A stretch of 37,612 nt of DNA from Malacoraja senta (Eukaryota): positions 124,001 to 161,612 of the forward strand of contig JAXLNO010004602.1 of NCBI GenBank assembly GCA_038087875.1, given 5' to 3'. The translations under genes were made by a program, and so were the position numbers. The notes under the pieces are model-generated. The model saw nothing but the letters and a program-made list of their open reading frames with translations. It made no database searches and was not told where the DNA came from. Below are positions 23,812 through 35,212 of the stretch, in pieces. Each line of letters starts with the position of its first letter. The first letter of the stretch is position 1.

Positions 23812-23852
23812 ATTATCAAAATATTCAACCAAAGCAGAACGTGCACTGCTAA
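23812..23852 (+). CDS. Predicted terminal cytoplasmic exon of the MHC class I-like gene: (D)YQNIQPKQNVHC*
   Basis: Strong acceptor with branch-like CTAAT at 23788-23792 and pyrimidine tract aatttcccccctcAG. Phase 1 matches the TM exon. TAA at 23850-23852 and AATAAA at 23904-23909. Linkage to the TM exon is inferred, with no transcript evidence. Confidence 0.6.
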
Positions 23853-23903
23853 CCAGTCGCTGAGTAGAAGATTTCATGGATGTGATTAAAATGCAGGAAC
23901 TGA

Positions 23904-23909
23904 AATAAA
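23904..23909 (+). terminator. Candidate polyadenylation signal for the class I-like gene
   Basis: AATAAA about 50 nt after the predicted stop codon. Confidence 0.35.
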
Positions 23910-24584
23910 TGGAATGAGTTAAATTAAGTTTATCAAACATGACAGAAATTCTCAATAGACTGCCCTGCATTTGTACAAATTAGAGCTATCTAGCAATATA
24001 TGTTGATAACAGCTGATATGACTGAGGCCTCAACTCCTTTACTGTGCTTATTGCACATAAGACACAATTCCCTGGTCTTTTAGAATATATCCACGCATTA
24101 TCCATCAATTCACCACCACATCATGCCTCTTTGATACATTCATAAGGTTAACTCTGTTTCTTGTCATCTCCAAGGGACACAGAACCAGTGATTTCAGCCA
24201 TTCATGGTTAGGCAACACTTGCTTATTCCAGAAATCTCTTCTAGCTGATATCCAATGTTAATATATCCTTTCTTAAATTTGAGGACCAAGCTGTGCACAG
24301 TGCTCCTGATTTGTCCTTAGCAACATCATGTACCATAATTACAATAGTAACCTACTTTGAACGCCAATATGCTAATCACATTCTGCGTTGTGTGCTGCAT
24401 CTACCTGCTGCTTTTTTGTTTTGCACTTTAAGCACTTGAATCTCTTGTACTCCACTCATTTGCCATCTCACTCCATTTAGATAATAGCTTCCTTTTAATT
24501 GCTCTTACCAGAGTGTGTGAGCACATATTTTCCATTATTAAACTCCATTTGCCATGTTTATGTTCATCTAACAAAGATTCATAG

Positions 24585-25555
24585 AGCCATATAGCATGGA
24601 AGTAGGTACTTCAGCCTAATGCTCCTAGCTGAACAAGATGCTACATTTAGGTTAGTCACATTTGCCAGCGTTTGGCCCACATTCCTCTCAACATGTTCTA
24701 TCCATGTACCTGTCCAAGTGTCTATTCAATGTTGTTATTCTGCCTTCGCTGGCAGCTCATTCCATACACCCAGTAACCTCTTGGTAGAAAAGGTTGCCTC
24801 TCAGGTTCCTACTAAATCTTCCTCCTCACCTTAAACCCAGGGGTGCAGTGCTGCCGGAGCTCACCTGAGCACCGATCCCGCACCTCTGTTAAAGAAAAAA
24901 TAAACAGCGTGGAATTTTAACTAGCGGATGTGTGGTCGGGGTAACCTGATTAAAAGAGGGGTAAGGGGAAGATCCATCACCACTGAGGTTCCCTGTAGGA
25001 GGAGGGGAACACTATGATGCAGCAGAGTCAGACCATGTGATGTGTGCATCGTTTGTGGTTGTGGGCCTGGAGCTGAGCCTGGAACTCTGGTGGGTGGGTG
25101 TGTAGGTGAATGGGTGTGAGGGTGAGAGTGTGTGTGTGTGTGTGAAGGCCCAGAGCTGCAGGGTAGTCAGGGCGAATCGGTGTCTTGCCGGCACCTCTGT
25201 AAAAATACATGATAACCGTATTTTTCTTTACTTGCTTCATAATTATATTTCATGATAATCAGTGAGTGCAACCGTGCAATATTTTGTCATAATTAAATTA
25301 AGTATTATATGTTTTAATGTACTAGCTATACACTGGGATGTAGTAATAGGCTATAATCTTGTTTGACCCTCTAGGGAGACTAGCTTGCCCCCCCCCCCCA
25401 GCAAAATCTGAAATCCCCGTTTGACAGCTCCGACACCTAAAAAATTAGCATTGAACACTGCTTAAACCTGTTTTTGCTGGTTCTTGATTACCATACCCTG
25501 GATAAAATAAATCCTGATCAATCGCCCTCATGATTTTAGAAAGCTCTCTAAGTAC
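24585..25555 (-). mobile_element. CR1-type LINE 3' remnant split by the hAT insertion
   Basis: ...cctcctcaccttaaacc (24837) resumes as cttaaacctgtttttgctggttcttgatt (25461). Collinear with the CR1 copy at 16500-16560. Confidence 0.7.
24838..25460. mobile_element. Non-autonomous hAT-type DNA transposon (623 bp)
   Basis: Exact 8-bp TSD cttaaacc (24830-24837 and 25461-25468). Imperfect TIRs CAGGGGTGCAGTGCT / reverse complement CAGTGTTCAATGCT. No transposase. Confidence 0.8.
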
Positions 25556-25639
25556 CAATTAAATGGTTTCAATTATAGATAGAGTAAGACTTTGTGGTTA
25601 TTTCCAACAAGAATTTTAGACTAAAGAAAGGCCAGTGGA

Positions 25640-26450
25640 AGTTCTTGGTCAAACAGCATCTATGGAGGCAAATGACATATACCAACATTTCAAGTCAAGG
25701 CATTGCATTAGAATTCAAGGAGAGGATGGGAAGATTCTAACAGTTTGAAGGAGGAATGGGGCAGAAGCTGGTAAGTGGCAGGTGGAATCAGCTGGGGAGG
25801 GGATGATGGGCAGATGGAGCAAAGTTTGTGTACGGGTGGTTGTGGGAGCACAAATGAACACCAGTGGTATGGATAAGCTGAAATGTGAAAACTTTATATT
25901 CATACCATCGGCTTGTAAGTTACCCAGGTGGATTATCAGATATTTTACTTAAAACTTTCTGTGCCCAAGGTTAACGACAGATGGGTCAGTGTGAGAGTGG
26001 GAAGGGGTATTAAAATACCATACAACAGATCTCAGGATGATCTTTACTTCAAAGGGATGTGCTGTACAAAATGGTTGACATCTAAGCTAGTTTCTCCACA
26101 GTGTGAGAAATGATTGCAGTATAGAAAGTTGAAAGAGGTGCAAGTGAACCTCTGTCTCATTTGAACAGTTTATTCTCCTGTTGTTCACCTCTTCCTCCTC
26201 CTCTCCTACCTGTTTCCATCTACCCATTATCCTCTTCCCACCTGGTTCTACGTTTGATCTACCAGCCTCTGTCCTATCCCTCCCTGATTGCTATATATTG
26301 GCAATTCATCCTCTTCCCTCACAGGCCTGGTGCAGGTTCTTGACCCTATTTGTGACATCAACCATTTGTCCCAATAATTTTGCTTGAGCCATTGAATGCT
26401 TTCAGTCTTCTGTTTTTAGTTGCAGATTCCATTAGCTACAGTCATTATTG
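25640..26450. mobile_element. Old Penelope-like element remnant (GIY-YIG end on - strand, then an inverted 3' repeat on + strand)
   Basis: The minus strand gives degenerate GETSLDVNHF...FNTPSHSHTD...IIHLGNLQADGMNIKFSHF, matching the Penelope GIY-YIG C-terminus. A pyrimidine-rich terminal repeat appears in the opposite orientation from about 26165. Confidence 0.65.
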
Positions 26451-28020
26451 GATAGAATATATTTTGTTTTAACACTGCATTTAGTCTGAGACACAGCACC
26501 AATAAATGTTGTTACATAACGCTTGGTTATTTGATGATGTCAAAAAGTCTTGATTGTATGTACTTTGTACATTTCTAATCTAATGCAAAGAATTTATCAT
26601 CCATATGAATATAAAATTGTCCACAGTGATTGGTGGCACAGTGATCAAGTTCATTTTATGTGGCTCATTTGGTACAAGTTCTGCTCTTGAGATTTCACTT
26701 AATAATAGTTGCCTGTAGAATGTGCTTGATGATTAGATCATTGAGTATAAGATTTTTAGAAATAGCTTGGCATGAAATACAAGTAAACACATTGGATTGC
26801 ATCCTGTTTTATAGTGGCTTCATGTTGCGAAGTAAATGCAAGATATATGGAATGTGCAAGATATAATATGAAAGATATAATATGCAAGGCGCAAAATTAA
26901 ATTGTTGTTAAGAAAATGTAAGGCCTCCATTTATTTGCAACAGCATCAATCACAGTTATCTTACGTCAAAGTTGATTTTGTATTTTTTAAAGAATGAATG
27001 GGAACAAAATGATCAAAATGAATTGGCAGTCAAAGTAATACAAGGTTGTAGTGGAGACAAGTGTGTAGGAACAGGCCACTCTGTCTATCCTGCCAATACT
27101 GGTGCATATGGTCCACATGAGCCTCTTCCCACCTTATGCGACCTGCAACATGGTTGGCAAGTCTATGCTGGATTCTCCAATGTAGAACCGACTGTTCTTT
27201 TCTCTTTTGTGTTTGCCCAGCCTTCCCATAAATGCAATTCATTGATCTGGATCCTCATTCTCACCTGTATTGGGTGGGAGGGGAGGAGAGGGAGCATTCT
27301 CTGTAGAATTCCCTGCTGGATTTTATGGTGGAAATGTTTTCACCATAGTGATTCATTTAAAAGCTTTATGTATTTTAATATCTCCCTTCAGCCACTTCTC
27401 AAAGGGGTGGAGGGCAGGGGGTGGATTACTTACCCAGGGACATTTGATGACCGTGTTTTGTTTATTTTATCCAAACATTTTTTAATATAGATTAATATAG
27501 TATTATTTTTTTGTATCTTGGGTAAGCACATTGAAATAGCAATGGATGGCGTGTTCAGAAAATTATTTCTGATTTGTCCTCGCTTTGTGAACACCAAACC
27601 AATGTATGCATCTGTCTTATATGCATAAAGGCATTGGCAGCAGGGTATCGGTTCCTTTTATGCATCCCAGTTATCATGTTCTTCGATGCAGAGGAAATGT
27701 GGCCACGATAAATACAAAAATGTTGAAATGCAGAATATAAAAGTAATAGGAATTCAGTCATTTGAGCCTCAACTATTATTCCATGTGATCATTTGTGACC
27801 TAAAATGTATACCGATCCTTTTATTTCTCTGATCCTTTGACCATACAAATAACATATAACTCCTTGTATAAATTCAATGATCTGTGTTCAACTGCTTCCA
27901 GTGGTGTAACATTCCACACCTTCATCATTCTGTGGGAGAAGTAATCGCTCTTCATCTCAACTTGAAGCCTGATCATCAGATTGTGACCACTGGGTCCTGA
28001 ACTGACCGGATTTCCCTCTT

Positions 28021-28214
28021 NNNNNNNNNNNNNNNNNNNNNNNNNNNNNNNNNNNNNNNNNNNNNNNNNNNNNNNNNNNNNNNNNNNNNNNNNNNNNNNN
28101 NNNNNNNNNNNNNNNNNNNNNNNNNNNNNNNNNNNNNNNNNNNNNNNNNNNNNNNNNNNNNNNNNNNNNNNNNNNNNNNNNNNNNNNNNNNNNNNNNNNN
28201 NNNNNNNNNNNNNN
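28021..28214. other. Assembly gap (194 N)
   Basis: Run of N. Confidence 1.
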
Positions 28215-28529
28215 TTTCTTGTTTTTCATATTGTTTACCATGTACTATGTTTACATATTCCATTGTGCTGCAGTGAGTAAGAATGTCATTGTACTATCTG
28301 GGACATATGACAATAAAACACTCTTGACTCTCTTGAATCTGTACAGACCCATAAGAATGTTGTAGTTGATTTTGAATGGTCCTAATCACAATGTAAAACT
28401 AATCGCCCTTCATACATTAGTCCTCCCATCCCTGAAATCTGATGAACCTTCACAGCACTCCATCCATAACAAGAACATTCTTCCTAAGATCAGGAGACTA
28501 AAACTGCAGATGCCATGGTCTTGGCAAGC

Positions 28530-28950
28530 ACATTTCTCAGAATAACATGATGTATCTTTAGAAAGGGATAAGGAGGAATCTCTAGAGTCAGAGGGTGGTG
28601 AATCACATATTAAGTTCTTGGAGCTCTGGAAAATTATCAATCTTTGAATGGAAGAATGGAGAGGGAGGCTGATCACTTTGCTGGAGGGTTTGAGAGCGGA
28701 CAAGGAATTATATGCAACGTGCGTTTGGAATTTCAAGTGTATGGCATGTAGATGTTGTGTAATTGGCTCCATTATGCCCTTAGTGCATTGGAAAAGGTAA
28801 ACAGGGTTTTCACCTATGATGACATTTTCTGCTAACTGCACTTTATGGTAAGCAAGTAGGCTGGCTTTGGGAAACAATTAGATGATTGAGGGCTCACTTA
28901 GAATAACTGGGAAATGATGGAGCAGCCTACAAGGATATTTAGTGTAGCTA
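28530..28950 (+). mobile_element. Highly decayed CR1-type endonuclease-domain remnant
   Basis: Fragments IFRKG*GG, RGRLITLLEG, CCVIGS..VHW and EQPTR resemble CR1 APE motifs (FRRDRGG, KGxITLLG, VIVGDFN..IDW, xPTR). Weak, by-eye match. Confidence 0.4.
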
Positions 28951-30329
28951 AAGGATAAGTTAAACCTTTCTTTTCTCCGAGACATGCAAGAATAGCTCGG
29001 TGCTTGATTTAATGCAGAACCTTTGAAGGACAGTGGCTGGGCCGCAAGATCTCTATACCAGACATCATAAATAGGAGTCTCCAATGGGCAGAAGACTGTG
29101 AGACTTGATGGTATTTGCCACGGCTTCTATCATTTAACACATTGAGCTGAAAGCCATGAGATTCGTTGCTTTTTTAATGTTTTGTCTTTTAATTTGACGT
29201 AATAAAGATAGTCATTTGTACCCTTGAAATTTTCTTTCTCCGTTCATTGATCCAAATCCTATTTATGTTTCATCACAAAGAGAGAATTGGATAAACTAAT
29301 TGTGAGCAAAAACACGCAAAACTACAGTCGAAGGGCTGGGGTTGAACAAGTGATTTTCTCCAGTAGAGAGGTGGCATTGGCCTGATAGGATGAATGGTCC
29401 CCATCAGCACAGTAAACATTTAAATGATCCATTGATTTGTATTCATCATCGTATATCAAATAAACTTAGGGATACGGAAGGAGAAATATTTTGGCCTGTT
29501 TATATGGTGCAAAATAACCCACCCCAGAACAATAAATAGTTGTGAATTTACACTTAATATTATCTGTCACTGAAGCAGAGTGCAGAGGTTCTCAAATTCA
29601 TTTAAGAAATAGTATTAAGGCGACTGTATAGAAAATGGTGGGTATTGCTTGGCAGCAAGATGGGAGTAGTATTGTAGTGTTAGTGATGAGGTGTTTTGAT
29701 GGCAGTGATCATAATTTAGCATGATTAAAGTAGCAATGTACACTAGGAATGCAGGTTCGCAGCTCAGGTGAAAACATTTCCAAGACTGCAACATAATTTA
29801 ACAGAAATGTAATACAAAATGTAATAAAATAGGGCAATTAAATGGTGACAGTTAACAGATCTCTGGGGATACTAGAAACTGCAGATATTGGATCGTTGAG
29901 CAAAACTGTTGGAGGAACAGTGGGTCAGGCAAAATCTGTGGGATGGAATGAACCAACGACAATTCAGGCTGGAACTCTTGTTCAGACTGGTGACTTCAAA
30001 ACGTTGTCAGTCGATTCCCACCACAGATGCTGCCTGACACACTGAATTCTTCATGCACTTTGTTTTTAACACACCAGCTGGAAAGAGTCCAGAGAAGATT
30101 TACAAGGAGACTTGATAGTGGCATTTGAAGTCTTTAGAAAGGCATAGATATGCAGGGAAAGGATGGGTATGGAACATGTGTTGGTGGAGGAGATTAGTTC
30201 AACTTGGCATCACGTTTGGAACAGAAGGTGTGGCCCCAAGGGTCTGTTCCTATGCTGAACTGTTCTGCAAGTCACTGAGTCTATGTTCAGGGAGGGTGAG
30301 GTTGAGAAGGCTCTGATTTCAATAGAAAA

Positions 30330-31185
30330 TAGGTGCAAGAGTAGGCCATTCGATCCTTCGAGCCAGCACCGCCATTCAATGTGATCATGGCTGATCATCC
30401 CCAATCAGTACCCCGTTCCTGCCTTCTCCCCATATCCCCTGACTCCGCTATTTTTAAGAGCCCTATCTAGCTCTCTCTTGAAAGCATCCACTGCCCTCTG
30501 AGGCAGAGAATTCCACAGACTCACCACTCTCTGTGAGAAAAAGTGTTTCCTCGTCTCCGTTCTAAATGGCTTACTCCTTATTCTTAAACTGTGGTCCCTG
30601 GTTCTGGAAATGTGGCCCCTGGTTCTGGATTTCATTCCTTAGAGTGCAAAAGGATGGGGTGATCTGAAAGAGGTTTACAAAATTATGTGAGCAATCAATC
30701 AGGTAAATGCGCATGAGTTTTTTGCCCACAATAGGGGACTCGAGAACCAGAGGATATAGATTTACGGTGAGAGGTGGGTGAGTGTGGAGATTTAATAGGA
30801 ACCTGGGGAAAACATTTTTACACAAAGAGTGGTGGGTATATGGAACGAGCTGCCAGAGGAGGAGGTTGAGACAGGTACTATCACAACAATAAATAGACAA
30901 TTGGACAGGTACATGCATAGGATAGGTTTAGAGAGTTATGAGCCAAGCGTGGGGAGTTGGGACTAATGTAGATGGGGCATGCTGTGCCGTAAAGCCCGTT
31001 TCGACGCAGTCTTACTAGGGGCAATTTACAGGGGGCAATTAACCGATAAACCTGCACGAGTTTGGAATGTGGGTGGAGACCAGCGCCCGGAGAAAACCCA
31101 CGTACGACGTTCACACAGACAGCGTCCGTAGTCGGGATCAAACCCGGGTCTCTGACGCTGCGAGGCATCCGTTCCACTGCTGCGA
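30330..31185. mobile_element. Two CR1 3' remnants in opposite orientation plus an HE1-like SINE
   Basis: 30330-30635 (-) TRDHSLRIRSKPFRTETRKHFFSQRVVSLWNSLP; 30640-30990 (+) ...FYTKSGGYMERAA-type degenerate copy; SINE at 31010-31185 (-). Confidence 0.75.
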
Positions 31186-32116
31186 ATTTTGTTTGTATTA
31201 TCTGATTTAAATCAAAGATGTTGGTATAGATATGAGTTCCATGTTTAGGAAATGTGTGAATGTCAGCAAAGTTGTTTGCAGGTGTAGTATTAGGCAAGAT
31301 GTAAACTGCCTTGACATTCAATAACATTACCAAGCTAACTCCTCCGCCATCAATCTCTGTTCAAATAATAATTGAATCATCGTCTTTTTGACCAGACAGT
31401 AGGACTCGCGTGAACTTGGAAGCTGCAGGGAAAATGACTAATTTGGACTGGTGTTACTTTTGGCCACTGAATGGAAGATTATAATCATTTTCCTCTGGAC
31501 GGTGGAATCAACACCCTTTCGCTTTCCAAGCGGGCAATTAGTGCTGTTCTCCCTTTGAAATCTACCGTGTAAAAATAGCACCTGCAGATCAAGATCCAAA
31601 TTGACCGCCATTCTGATTTGGAAATATGTCCTGATCCTCAGTATTGCAAATGCCGAATCGCCCCATGCCGACAGAATATTGTACTGGCGCATGGAGGTCT
31701 TCAGCGGTGGAAAAAAAGATGTCTCTTCACTGTAGATGAAATGTGCATGTACCTTTAACATAGTGACCTCACCACTACTAACCACTCCCCACATCACTGG
31801 TATAATTACAACCTTCCCACCCAGTTCTCTCTCTCTCTAGTTCCAGTGACAGACCACGGACAGCTAGGGCAGCAATAAACAGTAGTAAAGATACAGTGCA
31901 TTATGTCCCATCTTTACATTCACCACGTAGTCAAAGGCAAAAAGGAAATGTTAATACAACCTTGCTACCTGCTTAAAATAAACACTGGGTGTTGCAATCG
32001 ATAGATACAACGTGTTGGTTTATTATTGACACGGGTAACTAGATACAGTGAAAACCCCTTTGCGTGGTATTCAGCCAAATCATACTATGCATGAATACAA
32101 TTAAGCCATACATAAG

Positions 32117-32673
32117 TGTGAGATGCAAAATCACAAACGCTTTTAGAGGCAAAGTCGGCAAAGAAGCTTTTTATTTAAATCATATTCTGCAGAATAGGTG
32201 CCTCTCCTCTGATGTCCCCTAGAGGCACACCGAGGATCGGGATGTCTTCTATCTTTATACATTTCATGGGTATCATTGTCACACCCTCATCCCTCCCCAT
32301 TGAGCTTCTTCCAATCATAACATAAAGCCCACATTCCCACGAGAACGTCCTGGAACGTCCACCCGACGTCAAAGACACCTCCCATATCATGCATCGCATG
32401 TGCATTTAAATTAGGCATCTTGTCATAGTGGGTGTGTGTACATATTCATGTAAGTTCATTAGGCATGCACAGATTTGTTTGACCTTATGTACTTTCTCTC
32501 TTTCTACTTACTCCTCAAATCTTCTGCTGAATTTGCTACTTTTTATCTAGAATTTCTCTCTGTTCTATATATCGTTATTTTCTATTTTACCAGCAGTCTG
32601 GCTTCTGCTGACACCCCAAGCCATTTTTCTATCCCTAGTCTAATCAACCATGTCTGTTAACTCTTTCCTCACA
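32117..32673 (-). repeat. ERV 3' LTR (557 bp)
   Basis: Minus strand starts TGTGAGG after the PPT AAAAAAGAAAAGGGTGGAT, contains AATAAA near 32175, and ends TCTCACA. Terminal inverted TGTGAG/CTCACA. Confidence 0.85.
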
Positions 32674-34616
32674 ATCCACCCTTTTCTTTTTTGCTACGCA
32701 ACCTTTGATTTATACTATCTTCCTTTTCTAATGCTAGCAGCAGATTCTTCGCCTCCCTATCCCCCTCTCGTTGGTTATACTGTGTTCTGAAGGCCATCAT
32801 GGTGGCGGCCCTGTTCTTTGTCAGGGCTGTTTCTATCAATCGCTGAGCCAATCCCCGTACGCAGGGAATCATACAACATCCGAACAAACACAGTAACCCC
32901 ACCATGACTACCACTGATGTTAGAGCTGAGGTAAAGATGTGCTTCCATTTCCCAAACCAGGATTCTAGAAACCCAGTCCAGGAGTTGTCTACTCCAGAGT
33001 TCTCAGCCAATTCGATAGTCAGAGAGGTGAGACCTGCTAGGGCTCTTGACACTGACCCATCCGGAGCAGTGTTGTTGGGATGAATGTGCAACATTGTTCG
33101 CCAAACATTACACACACCCCTCCCTTCTCAGCCAGTAGCATGTCCAAGGCCATGCGATTTTGCCAGGCCATTTGGCTGGTAGCTGTCAGTTGTTCCGCTA
33201 ATCCTTCAACTGCATCTCGAGTGTAATTTATAAAGCGTTGTTGATTGTAGTATAGGTAGTTGATCCAGTCCACATTTTTATTAATTGTGGACCACCAGAA
33301 GAGCATGGACTCAAAGCCCGCAGCTATCTGGTTTCTGGCTTTGAATTCATCGGGTACCCCTCTTGTCACCCCTATCGCATCTATATATATATGTGTGTGT
33401 CGAATGATCCTTTCACCCCTCTCTTTTGTTGTTGGCTTCCTTCATTGAGTTCTACAGCATGTTCTACTGCTCTGGTGAAGGGCATCATCAGTTGTGTGAG
33501 GGTACAGGTTCCCGTCCATGACCCCAGTAACCGGGGCCACAGGGTATTCTCCCCGCACCACCACCAGACATCGGCTCTACTGACTATCTGCTTTTTCAGC
33601 CAGGAGCTATTGAACAGTGGTCCCTGTTCCTCAGCCGTTATGTTATACGTCTGATTGCAGTTGAGCACCTTCCCCATATCCTGTCCCTCTGGGTTATTTC
33701 TTGTATAGCACTCAAACCCCTCCTCCCCAAGAGGACTGGTAAATGGAGGAGGTCGAGGGTCTTCCCTTCGGCCCTTCGTATTGTTGTTGCTGGTCGGAAA
33801 TAGGTAATGATAACTCTGGCATATCACATTCTTTGGTAAGAGGGGATTCGTGAATAGCTGTAGTATACATGACATAGCCCTAGGTGTTCTATTCCAATTC
33901 AGGGGAAATGGTACTGGGACCAGCTGAGGCTTAGCTCCGGCGCAGGTGTAACAATTGGTTTGTTGCATACGTCTGGCTGTGTACATCATCCAGGCAAGCC
34001 AGGTGTTGGCTCCTTTTCCCCCTGTTGGTATTCCCTTCTCATATAACTGCCTTCATCCTGTTTCTCCTTCTACTATCATTATCTTCAGATCCTTAGACTC
34101 ATTCTCCCTGGTGACTTTGCTGACTACCGGTGGTGCTGGTGTTGCCCCGGGATCCCTATTCTGACTGTCATCTATCTTCAACACCTTTCCCCTATCCTCA
34201 TATCTTACCATCTCCCCATCCCGCTTCACTTCTATCTCAAACTTCAGACATGTGTCCTTCCCTGTTTTATCTGCACATATCCAATACCTACCACTTTCCT
34301 GCATTTGAACACTCTGTATGCTCACATATATACGTCCTGGCAATTTCTCGTTCGGGTTTTGATATATTTTCCACCTATCAGTTTGATAGGTGGTTCGATG
34401 CCACCCATATTTTGATGAAGTAAACACCGCGTGCCAATTTCTACAGGGATGGGTGCATACATACATTCTATAGCCACACCACCATTTTCTTTTACATACA
34501 TTAAATGGGATGGTGGTGGGCCTTCTATTCTGTGGTATTGTGATTTGTATACATGTTATATTACTCACGAGTTGGGTAACCACCCAACACACGACCCACC
34601 AACACAAAATCTTCAT
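32669..34616 (-). pseudogene. env: Retroviral env (signal peptide, SU, furin site, TM); 1 stop + 2 frameshifts
   Basis: Signal MKILCWWVVCWVVTQLVS; CYTC CxxC-type motif; ADVWWWCG; WTGTCTL; cleavage QQKR; ISD-like QNRMALDMLLAEKGGVC; CX6CC (CVMFGEQCC); TM helix. Lesions are an in-frame TGA at 34053-34055, an extra TA in (TA)n near 33380, and a 1-bp deletion near 33080. Confidence 0.93.
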
Positions 34617-34629
34617 TTTCCCGCGGGTT

Positions 34630-34921
34630 CTTGGTAAATATTAAAGTCAATGGTTCCTCTCCTTTGCGCACAGTCCACGGGCTGATATTGTCTGGTGGGG
34701 CCTCCACAGGACCCTTAACTCGACTTGCGTGTGTCCACCCTTTCTCTTTTGTTCGTACTGCCGTCTCGGTGATTAGTAACACCAGGTAGGGTCCAGTCCA
34801 CTTAGGTTGCAGCTTTTCTTCTTTCCACGTTTTTATTAATACCCTGTCTCCAGCCTTGACTGAGTGTATCGGGAAGTCCAGTGGTGGGCTCTGGGCCAGC
34901 AATCCTTTAATTTTTAGTTCT
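34630..34921 (-). pseudogene. pol: Retroviral integrase C-terminal fragment
   Basis: KGLLAQSPPLDFPIHSVKAGDRVLIKTWKEEKLQPKWTGPYLVLLITETAVRTKEKGWTHASRVK (GPY motif), overlapping the env start. Confidence 0.9.
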
Positions 34922-35212
34922 ATATCATGCATCGCATGTGCATTTAAATGAGGCATCTTGTCATAGTGGGTGTGTGTACATATTCATGTAAGTTCATTAG
35001 GCATGCACAGATATGTTTGACCTTATGTACTTTCTCTCTTTCTACTTACTCCTCAAATCTTCTGCTGAATTTGCTACTTTTTATCTAGAATTTCTCTCTG
35101 TTCTATATATCGTTATTTTCTATTTTACCAGCAGTCTGGCTTCTGCTGACACCCCAAGCCATTTCTCTATCCCTAGTCTAAATCAACCATGTCTGTTAAC
35201 TCTTTCCTCACA
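34922..35212 (-). repeat. Partial ERV LTR (U3 portion) fused to the integrase fragment
   Basis: Near-identical to 32384-32673. Preceded on the minus strand by the same PPT. Confidence 0.88.

Noticed and set aside
25012-25240. His/Thr-rich ORFs resembling a host exon (GAGKT P-loop-like start)
   Set aside because: They lie inside the TSD-flanked hAT element. The composition comes from a (CA)n microsatellite, and the residues after GAGKT do not fit a P-loop.
26972-27490. 172-aa plus-strand ORF
   Set aside because: TTG start, no domain similarity. It overlaps a probable antisense Penelope GIY-YIG trace (YIGES...) near 27130-27200.
27957-28263. ORFs spanning the N run
   Set aside because: Artefacts of translating through the assembly gap.
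28410-29130. Minus-strand frame open for about 240 codons with a single stop (ORFs 28410-28877 and 28878-29084)
   Set aside because: No recognisable motifs or splice signals. The opposite strand shows decayed CR1 endonuclease fragments (EQPTR etc.), so it is most likely an antisense shadow. A blastx would settle it.
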